The translations under genes were made by a program, and so were the position numbers. DNA of 53,506 nucleotides from a virus. Taxonomy: Duplodnaviria > Caudoviricetes. Positions 41,335-53,300 of this stretch are shown here, one piece after another. The DNA lies in the IMG/VR virus record IMGVR_UViG_3300027749_000141, positions 1 through 53,506 of that record. One strand, 5' to 3'. A model generated the notes under the pieces. It saw only the letters and a program-made list of their open reading frames with translations, did no database searches and was not told the DNA's origin. Positions within the stretch are counted from its first letter, which is position 1. The number at the start of each line of letters is the position of its first letter.

Positions 41335-44300
41335 TTAATTAACATTTGTGTTAACAGCGCCATGTGTGTACCACGATCCAGGAACTGCTTTTATAAAATT
41401 AGCAATTTTACTTTCTTCATCTGATATCGATGTTGTACTATCCCATGATTTTCCTACCCGTTTGACTACTGTAATTCTTGTACCTACTTCTAGTTTATTT
41501 GTCAATCTAAGTTGTTTTAAATTGCCATCAACTGCAAAATCTGCATCAAACTGTATATCACCCTCTGGACTTTCTAAATGAGTGTTAACATTATGAACAG
41601 AATACGGTATTTTCTTTAAACGAATATTCCCAATAAAAAATACCCAATTTAATTTGTCAGTATCGAATGAAAGTCCGCTAGTGTGTGCAATACTGCAACG
41701 GTAAGAATAACTTCCAAAAATAACCACATCATCAATGCTATAACTAACACCTGATACCCATTCGGTATTACTATAACCGCCCACAAATACTTCTATGTCA
41801 TTTGCCTGTCCGTAACTAAGAGGAATTGAAGAAACAAAATTTGAGCTGTAAGTCCAAATGTCTGTAGATTTTGTCGGTGCAAATGTCAAATTAACAATGT
41901 TTGTTCCATCTGAAATATGTTGTTCAACAATTACACTGTCGGTGTACGGTATAGTTTCACTTGCACTAATTTCTTGAACAAATTCGCCCACAGGATGAAC
42001 TTTAGGAGTACCAGTTCCTAACGTACCTCTACGTAATTGTCCTAACACATTACCATTGACTGTAAAAAATTCAATTCGTTCACCGTTAATTTCAATAATT
42101 CCAGGTTTATTTAACGAAATCGTTGGTTGGTCAAAATTGCTAGCATCATTAACAGTTATTGTTATATCTCTAAACGACAACTCTTTAACTAACCATGTTT
42201 GCTTGCTGAGATTTAAACGTTTAAAATGTGTTCTGTTTAGCATGTCTTTAAACTGCATATAAGAAATTGCAGGTCTGTCAACATTACTACTAAAGGTTAT
42301 CAGTGAAATATTATCAGTTAATTCTGGTAATTTAAATATCCTGACACTGGTCTTATCGTCGTTAAGTTTAAAATCAATGCTTGGAATTAACAGCGTACCA
42401 TTATGAATAACCCACACATATCGATCGTCAATAACTGCGCGGTCTAAATTAATCGTACCTGTCTTAACATCAGTACATTGATAATACTCGAGCGAGTCAA
42501 AAGCAAAGGTTGCCGACGGGATAACTGTTAAATTTGATCGGTGCATGTCTAATACATCGTGTTTAAAGAATGTAGTAACTTCAATCACTGACGGAATATC
42601 ATAAATTTGTGACAATCTAAGCGTTGCGACTGTTGTACTTGTTGCAGGTATATAAACATAGCCCGTGTCATCGGCAACCGAAACAGTTAATGTTTTACCC
42701 ACAAACCTTGAATACGTATTTTTATTAATTTTAATAGTAATACCACTAAGATCAACAATATAATCGATCCCAATTTCAAGCAGTATTCCGTTTGCAAACA
42801 CTGACAAGTGTTCAATATTTGCCGAGTACGGCGGAATTATTATCTTGTCTAATGAATAATTTAACTTATTATTTTTAATTTCAAAATACGAATTATTAGG
42901 TGAATTTAAAATATTTTGGCCAATTTTAACAATCATACTCGATTCAAGCGGTAGCGAGTTGCCAACTAAATTTGTCAACGGATACTCAATTACACCAGTT
43001 GCAGGAAACTTCTGAGTTTTAACAGTCGAAAATGTTTGTTCAGTGCCTTCAACAATAACATAATTAATTACATCACCAACTTTGGGAAGTTCTACTAATC
43101 TAAAACCTATCATAGACGACGATGGTATTTTAAACAATTCAGCATTAACTGCTTCTCCGTTAACGTATATTAATGATGAAACTTGCGGTTCCCATAATGC
43201 ATTTGTACTGAATTCACGCAAGGTTCCGTCACTGACTTTATAATTAATATCTAAAATATGCTCACCGCTAAACCCAAAGCTTATTATTGTAATAGTATCA
43301 GTTGCAGTAGGAGGTGTTATAAATTCTATAATTCTATTTTTATAATCAACAACATAATCAGCAGTCGCAGTTTTTACAGTCGATGTTAATGCATTTGATT
43401 GTTTTACTATGATTGCATCGGTGCTATTAGCAAATTGAGAAATTTCAAATTGTGTTAATGCCCCATCTGCAATATACGCATCGATATTAATATTTGCAGA
43501 ACTGTTTCTAGCTTTGTCAAATACTTTAATAGCAACTGCATCTACTATCTGACCAGGAACAACTTCGTCTGGTGCAAAACTTGTCATAGGGGTTATAAAT
43601 CCATCGCCGTCGACTACAATATCTTCTGCAGCAATACCAGATGCCGTTGTATATGCTAGATTGCCACCGCTTAATGCAGTATCATAATCGTCAAATTTAA
43701 TATCAGTAGCACCGTCACTTGTACTTTTACGAATGATAAACTTGTCACCGTCTGCTACAGTTAAAGAATTTGGTATTGTAACGATATCAGATGTTCCAGA
43801 TGCAGATATAGTTTGCATTATTGCATTATCATTTGTTTGCAACGGTGTGTTATAGTTAGGGTCGTCTAATCTAATCGCAGGACGATATCCAGAAATAATA
43901 ATATCACTTGCTAACGTTACCGGGACCTTTAATTCAATTTGGCCATCGTTAATCATAAAGATGTTGTTCGCGGTAGTTAACACTCGTGTAAATTTAATAG
44001 TAGTAGCAGTTGCAATATCTGCATATATCATTTGGTTTAATGTTACATCAGTATCGTTATCAATCGATACTACTGTTGTATTCGAATTAAATGTTCCAAA
44101 TACAATCCCCATTGCACCAACTGATACAGTAGTGTTGTCGACCCCAGGTTGAATATCAAACACTGCACCACCGATTGATGAACTAATTGTCAACGAAGTT
44201 TCACTAACTATAGTTTTAACATAATATACACCGCTTACTATCCCGCCAAAACCTTTTCCTGAAAACAAAAGTGGAGTGTTGATTGACATATTTTCAGTGC

Positions 44301-47300
44301 TAGAAACAAAGATAACATTTGAAACACTGTTTGTGTGTGTCATTGTAACCTTAGTGGTCCAAAATGCTTGATTACTGTCCGAAACAACATCACCTATTTC
44401 AATGCCAACGGTTGTGTTTACAGATAACGTAGTTACCCCCACGACATTTTTAGTAGCTATTACTTTCGGAAGAGTAACTGTCGATTTAACAACAGTTACA
44501 GTTGGTGTAGCAATTTCGTTACTAAAATAATAAATTAAATCAGCGCCGTTTGAATTAAAGGTCTCTGTTGCTGATTGAACATGATACACGTTTAAATATG
44601 TACCTTGTGCAGGAATATAAGGAAGTGTCATTGTATAAGTGTCAGCAGCAACAGTAACTGAATAATCATCAAATGATTGATCAACACTATCCCAGTTATC
44701 TGAAAAATACGGCGAGCCGTCCCATCCTTGATTAAATTCAAAACCTAGCCCATTAACAATAACACCGCCGTAATCAATTCCGCCCATGAGTTGAGCAAGA
44801 TCGTTTCCTAGCTGGCCCGACGTCGGATTGTAATAAAAATGCGCACGATCTGCTGCATTTAATAAATTCCAATTTTTTAAATACGTAATAGAGATTTTCG
44901 AATTAATTGCAGGCGGGGTATTAAATATCAATGAGCCTTGATAGCTAGTATACCCGCGTGATGTTAGTTTTATAATTTTTAAAACATATGAATCTTTTAA
45001 CACCGCCAATCCATTAACCATAACAGTCGACGTGCCAACTCGTATGTCAGGTGCCCAAGTTAAAGAAAATTGCGCACGCGATCCTGATCCAACAAATGTT
45101 TCAGTTTCTTGAAGTTGTGTAATAAAATATGTCTGCGTTAATCGGTCAAACTTCATTTTAATTAAATTTGATCGTATAACACTGTCACCGATAATTGCAA
45201 CTGCTCGAGCAGGTGATCCTCCGATATTAAGGCCACCGTCTAAAGTTACAGTCGGTGCAGATCGATACCCTTTACCTTTAGTTAATAGTATGATACGACT
45301 AACTTTTCCGTTCGTAATAAATGCTCGAGCAGTTGCACTTGTACCATGCTGGTTTAAAATTGTAACAATCGGTGCTGAAATATATCCTGAGCCCGAATCG
45401 ACTATTTCTAACGACATGATTGAAAATCCAAGGTTGTCTAACCAAAATTTCCAAGGATACTCATTAATTGCAGAATTACTAGTAACTAACTCATCGTTTT
45501 CTACTAGTTTAGTAGCAATCGGCGCAATTTGTTTTGATGCTGCGTTATATACTACCGGTAAATCAAAATCAGAAATTGCAGATTGTGTATTTTCAACTTT
45601 TGAAAATACACTAACATATTCGCGTATCTGTGTTCGATACGGTTTAACTTCCGAAACATAATCTTCAAAATTTTGAAGATTATCATTTTTATATGTTACT
45701 AGTTGTCGAAGACTACCAACGTTGTGATTTGCTTTTACAAAACTTGTTTTAAAAATCCAATCAACATACGCTTGTTCGCTTAGTACATACCGCACAGTCG
45801 AAAAGAATAGATTTAAGTATTCCGATTTAAGCTCATTAATTAAGATATTTTTCTTAATCGTGTCTAAAATAAGTCTAAGTTCAACTGCTGCACTGTTATC
45901 GTATACTCCACCGTCAAATCGTATGCCGTCAAATCCAACATCGGTGCTAGTGTATTTGTACAGAGTCGAGCTTAATTGAATAGTACCATTTTGACTTCCT
46001 ATGACTTTATACGATTGTGTCCAGTTAATCGAATCAGTATTTGCAAATTTTTCTAATAGTACCCAGTTACCCGAACTCGTTGTACGAATTTTAACAGTTT
46101 CACCGACTAATGCAGAAACTGAATTTAAATCAGCATACGTGTCAACAACATGAGTAATTTGATTAAATTGATTATAACCCGATGCATACCAATCAACTGT
46201 ATTCCAGTATTTTCTAACATCGTATGATTGCGAGATAACTTTTGACCAGCTAAGTGTCTCAGGTTGATATGAATATATGCTCCACACATTATTTGATTGT
46301 GAATCGGTTAAAAGCAGCACTGAATAATTTCTAACTATCAAAGTAGTGTTATCGTTATACCCTTCGCCACTGTTAACAACCTCACAACTAATAATTCTAC
46401 CAGCAGCATTAATAGTAGTTCCAACAACTGCATTTATCCCGTTGCCGACTACTTCGATTGTCGGAGCTACTAGGTAACCTCGACCCGAGTCAATTATTTC
46501 TACACCTGTAATTTTTCCGTCTACAATTATTGGTAATAATTCTGGTTTTTTATAAGATTTAATTAAAATAAATCGTAATTCTTCATATGTATCTATAATT
46601 TGATCATATTTTCCGTGGATAACATTCGGTACTTGATCATACAAATATAAGGAGGTTATATCGCACGAATCAACTATTAAATTTTTTCCTAGTACAATGT
46701 TAACTTGTTCTATATATTGCTTCAATGCCTCGAATCGATTAACAAACATTCCCTGGCGAGGTCTTGATTCTATTCCATATCGAAGTTTAATAGGAAGTGA
46801 CATGTCCGGAACATCTCGATTGTTTACATCTTTGCCACATAAGCTATCTATCCATTTTTGTTCGATAGTTGCCGGAATAGACGTCGACGAATCTGAATTA
46901 ATTAATTTCCATTCTGTATGAATATTTTGGTCAGTTTTGTCTACAGTCCAATATTCAATCGACAACGCTACATTATCATCATCTAATAAATCTTTGACAT
47001 TGATTAAACTAAATGAATTTGTTCCTGTTAACGCAAGAAATTTATACCCATTCCCGCGCGGATTACTAATTAACGACGAAACTTCGTATGCAGATATGCG
47101 TCGACTGTTATTATCTGGAACTGTTTTTTTGTTTTTGACCCAGTAATAGTAAGTAAATTTTTTAGTTTTACTGATTGTATCAAACCGAGTTTTAACACTG
47201 TATGCAGTATCTCCGTATAAAGTAGTCCCGCTTATATCTAGTGCAAGGCCTTCTTCGGTGTCTGCTAGCAAATCCCAATCAGACGGTTTATACTTTGATT

Positions 47301-50300
47301 CTACCCATTCGTATATGTCAATCGATGCGCCAACTGCAAGCGTGCACCAAGTATTATTTCTATACACCACATCAGTATCGTAGCTATCAATAAATTTTGC
47401 AGTTGTTAAATCCCACCATAGCTGGCCAACTTGCACAGTCGTCCATGCAATTCCTTCATCGATATTAACTGAAGCTGCAGTGCCTGTTGAATAAATTGCA
47501 GGATCATAGTATAATCTATATTTTACCTCTTGATCTGCAGTTCCGGGATTTTTACCCTGGATCGGATCAAGAATATCCAAATATGTTAGCAATTTTAAAG
47601 TGCGGGTGTTGTATAAAAATGCTTGTTTAATTTTAAAAACATCCGGGTTGTCGCTTTCTTCGTGAATCTTAACCCAACTTTTTAATTTTGAAATATTAAT
47701 AAACTCATATACGTTTCCACTCCTTTCGTATCCATTAGTCGAATACGGTGCACCTACTAACACGCTATGATTGTTAACTGCAATTGCACGTCCGTAGCCG
47801 TCATTAATGTGTGCAGGTGTTGTTATACTTTCGCTAAATGTCCAAGTAGCATCGTACCGATCGTAAATATCAACTCTACCGCAATCAAAATTTAAATCTC
47901 TAAATAAAGTTGACTGTAAATCAAATGTTGTTGTATCAAGATCAAAAGTTTGATCGTCGTAACTATCAGCATTTTCACTATAAACTACAAGCGTGGTAAA
48001 ATCATTTGTAAAATATAGTTTACTGCCAAATGCCTGAAATGCTTCCGGAGAAACATTAGTTAAAGTTTGAAAATATTCAAAGGACCCTGCAGTGCCGCTA
48101 TTTTTATAAATTAAAACTGTACCAGCAGTTGGTAAAATTGCAGTCTCATTGTTATACATTGCCGATATTGCAAGATATGTACCTGTATTTGAAATAGTAA
48201 CACCTGTTCCAAATCGGTTTATATTTTCAGCAGTACCGAGCGTCTGTACTAAGGTAAAGCCTGTCCCTCCGGCTGCATAAATGTAAACATTACCAGTTGA
48301 TCCTGCAGGTGTAGGAGCCGACACTGCTAACACTCTGCCGTCGATCGTTGAGACAATAGTTTCACCGAAATGACTAAGACTTATATCGTCAGTGAGCGTA
48401 TTTTGTAAATTAAATTTCCATTCTGTTTTAGTAAATTGATATGTACCTAGCAACTCCTCAGTCGGTGCTGCACTTAAATTAATTGTGCTATTTGCTAATA
48501 TTTCAGTAACGGTCTGGCCATCTACAAAGCCTATGCCAACAATTGCCATCCCAACTTCAATGTTTGCAATTGATGTTAAAACTAATTTAGTCCCAATCGA
48601 TCCGTTAGGGTCAAATGACGAAGTTGCAACAAATGATGTACCATATGTAAGATTATATAACTTTGTTTTACCGTCCTGGCCATCTGCTTTAATTAATAAT
48701 GAATTTCCTGCAAAAGCAATGTTTGACCCAAAATGTTCAAAATTAACAGGTTGCGGACTTACGATAGAATCAACTAGTTGGTAAATGTTATTTGAATCCT
48801 TTTCATATAACGAAATAACACCTTGTTCTAAAAGCGACGAGGTTTGTGCAGCTAAATCAACAGGAATATATGGAACTTTTTTCCATTTATCAAGATGCAT
48901 CGAAGGGTATTGTTTAGCAGAAACAGTAGTTACAATTGCTTGATAATGTAAATTGTTATATAATACTATGTTGTTAAGTGAGTATGCTGTAAATTCACTA
49001 AAGACTCCGACATAATTCGAAAATGCTGCAGATGCAAACGGTGAGCTAGTAACTAGCCAACGGCCGTCATTTGACATCGTAACATTATTTGCAAGCTGGG
49101 TGTTAATATTGTTTCCATCAATATCATTAGGATAGATAAACGGTTTAAAGATTTGTTGTCTATAAACCCATTCAGTTGTAGGATTTGATCTATCAAAAAT
49201 GTATGTGAATCCCGCAGCAGTAGAAACGGCAATAATATCACCTGCAGTACTTGTTGCAATACCTCGACCGTACTCTAAATTAAACGCAGGATCTGGGTTA
49301 AAAAATTGCCCCGGTTGGTAAACTGTATTATATTTCCAAGTTGCCCAATTATTATTTTCCGAATTATCGGTCCATAATAATTCACCGTTACCGATGTGTC
49401 GAGGTAAAATAGCATCAGCAGTATTAATTGAACTAGCTTTACGGCTATTAAACGTATATAAGATTGTAGATGATAGGTCAGCTACTGGATCTTCAATTGC
49501 CACGGTTGTTGGTACTTTGATTGTAATAGTGTTTAATTTAGCTAAAATTACTTTAAAAAATCCATTCAAGGTTGATTGGTGTTTGATTCCGATGTACGAG
49601 CCTGAAGGTAAGCTAATTGATCGATTAATTGTAAGAACCACAGTTTGGCCAACTTGAACAATGTTTTTAACTTTAATTTTAGGATCAGTGTATCTATACA
49701 CATTCCAGCTCATTCCTTCAAACGTACACCAAACATAATCACCTTCAGTAAAAGAATTAATATCTGCAGTTGCTATGTCATCGATAGCTTTTACTGTTAA
49801 TTGCACTTCGTCTGCCCTAACATGCCCGGCTGATCTTAAAAATTGAGAAGAATTAGCAACTGGCCACGGATTTGATGAATACCCTACAGGTTTAATGTAT
49901 AGGTCCGACGGTGTTTGTCGAATAATAAAATCATCAGTTTTTGGATTTATAGAGTTAACTAATTCAACACCTTGTGGATTAGTAATAAACTTATCTTCAT
50001 TAAGAATAATTTCAATATTTTCAAACGCTGCGTTTGCGCCATATTGGCCCATCCTAATCGCCCACTCTTCAAAAAATGTTAGACTTTCTTGATTATCTGC
50101 ACTAAGGACATCGAATAACTTGTTAAAGACATTTTGAGTGCCTTTTTCGATAATCATACCTTGATAAAATTTATATTCACTTACATCATCTTGAATAATA
50201 TTTTCAAGATATTGTCGTTTTTGATACCCGATCAAATGCTGCGCCATTTTTTGTTGGGTAGAATCAAAGGTGCCGGTATCTAAACTATAAAAATCTTCAA

Positions 50301-53300
50301 ACTGGCTTGCTTTATAAGTCCAATTTGCCAGCAATGCAGATTTTGGTTTTGAATCCAATTTAATCCATTGCGAAGAATCAAATTTTTCAGTTCCTGCAAT
50401 TGCAACATTTGCACTATAATAAAATTCTTTGTGCTTAACTACATCACCGATCGCATAATCAGACCATGCATTCCATTCTTTTACAATACCTTGATCAACA
50501 ATAAAACCCGGAACATTCAACGATCCATTCCAATTAGAACTAACATACCCCGAAACTTTAATCCTATCTTGTTTATATCCGCTTTCGGGATTAAAAATAG
50601 TGTCGTTAAACATTGTTAAATTATTAATCAAAATTACATGTTCTGTTTGTACAAGGTAAAATGCTGCACCGTAAATTGCAGAATTATCTTTAGGAGAATA
50701 AGAAACTGATTGATCGGCCCTAAATGAATTTAAAAAATTAAACATTACAGGACGGCCATCGACTCCACATATTTCATAATCATTAAATGTATTTGATATA
50801 TCATCAACTGTACTTAAATGGGTGCTAAACGCAACTTTTTCTGCAGCAGGACTTAACGAAATCACTGAACTTCCGACAATACTCAGCCCGTCTAATTTTT
50901 CAAAAAATGAAGGGTCAAACACAAGTGACGGTTGAACAATTCTGATTGCTCTATAATACTCACCTTTCCATCGAACAATTGAATTAAATTTAATTAATAA
51001 CCCCGGACTCCATTCGGTCCATTTATCGTTGCTCGACGACCAGTTTTGCGATGTCCAAAATAGAAATTCTCGTGCGCTTGTTCCCCAATTTGCTACACGA
51101 TTTAATTCAGAATTAAATTCATCGAAGATAAATCCTTGGCTTTTTAGATATTCCCCGTATCCGATTAAAAAATCAACAACTCCTTGAATATCAAAAAATA
51201 TCGATCCGTACGAATAAGTAACTACCTCTTTTTTATTCCACGATGTTCTAAATATTGCAGACCTGCCACCGACAACCGGAAGAGAAGACAGTTTTGCATA
51301 ATATTTTACGTCAAAAACAGAAGTTGTGTCATGCGTTTCTAAAACTCTAAAAAAATTATTTTTAAATTGTACAACTTTATCTTTAGAGTAAGTATTAAAT
51401 TCAGACCACACCATATAACTTTCCGAAATTCCGCCAACTGTAACAGTATTCCCTGAATTTAATGGTGAAAATACTTTAAAGTAAGGTTGTGTTTTACTAT
51501 AGCCCTTGACTGAAAATCCATTATTAATTTTAGTAATGATCACACCGCTATAACTAAGTTTTTTAATCGGTGACGATGTATTTAAAATTACTTCGTAGTC
51601 TTCTTGGGGGACAAATACACTACCTGCAGAAATTGGATTTTTCGAATCAAGTAATAAATTAAATTTCTCTTTGCTAGTAAATGCACCTACACGATAACAA
51701 AGCTGGCTAGTAATGTTTGTAAGATCGTATCGATATTCAGTTAAAGATTTTAATGTATCACTTAAAATATAATTAACAATGTAATTAATTAAACCTGCAG
51801 TTTGTACCCTAGTATTATCAGACAATGTACTTGGTATTACAATGTCCGCAGGTGAAATTCTAAGACCCGATGCTTTATAAATTATTTGGCCTGATAAATC
51901 TCGAACAATTTGCGATCTATCAAGTAACACACCGATAGTACGTGCAGGTGTTAATAACATCGATGCAATAAGAACACTAAACGGATAATAAGAGCTGCGA
52001 CGCCATGCACTTTCGACCGGACTAACGTCACCAAATTTAAAGTTAGTGTCCGTTAAGTATACGTTTGTACCGAATGCTAGGCCCGAAGCTTGCGGGCTAA
52101 TTACGTTTCCACTACTATCAACAGGAATATGATTAATTAAAAAAGGTTTTGCATATTTTTCAAGTTTAACTGCCGGCTTGCCAAGCTCTTTTAGTAAGCC
52201 TTTGCTGATATCATCCCACATTACTAGATTGTCAGCAGTATACGGTGCTGGTCCGTACAAAGTTACCCACCACGCTGGTTCTTCAGATAGACCTAGCATC
52301 TCCCACGGGCAAAGATTTGGTCGATCAGTGTCTAACATCCATCGATAAACACCTCGCCAATATCCAGGGACTAATCTGTTGTCTAAGGCGCGTTGACCGA
52401 TATAGTTGTATGTTAACGGATTGCTGTTGTTAAAATTTAATGGCATTGTAAAATCTTGATCAACATGCGATAACCATTTATAAAAACTCGGAGCTAGTAC
52501 TTCGTTAAATTCAGTTAAGCTGTAATCATTTGATCTATTATAACTCGGAACCACGTCTCCGATATCAAAAATTGTAGGATCATATTTAACCTTAATATTA
52601 TTGTAAATACGTTTTTCTAACTCTAAAATTAAATTGTCTCGATAATCGCCGTATGCAAGTATTTGGCTGCCGTCATGGCCTTGTATCATAAGACAAGGTG
52701 TTATTAGGGTAGTATCTAAATAAATTTTTGGTTCATATTTTGGCCATATTCCTAACTTAGTCGGAGTTTCAGGTACAAAGTTTCCGTCGGTACTCTCGTA
52801 TTCATATATTGTTATAACATCATCATTATGCTTAGTTGCAGTTATAATAACAAAACCTTGGCTATCAAACGTGTAATCTTTGCCGTGCAAAAGTTGTTCG
52901 TCGTTTAAATAAACACCAACTGCTTTATTTGATAATTCTGATAAATCAAACACATTCGCTAACGAATACCGTTGAATTCTGTAATCTAACACAGTAAATG
53001 ATGTTTTTAAACTTGCGCCATATGGTACCATGTCACTGAAATAGAACGAAGAATTTTTCGGAATGTCTTTATTAATTTCTCTCATTATTTGGTTAACAAA
53101 AGAAATAGGGTCAGTATGGATTCCTAATGACGTTGCTGTTATAATAAAACCACGCTTAAATTCATTATATCGATCACGTGAATATTCTAATGCTCGAACA
53201 ATATTTTTAGTACTAGAAGTAACATGATAAAGAGATAGACCAATAGGTCCGCTATGCTGCACAAATTTTGTACCAAATTGTGATATGTTCCCTAAATCTC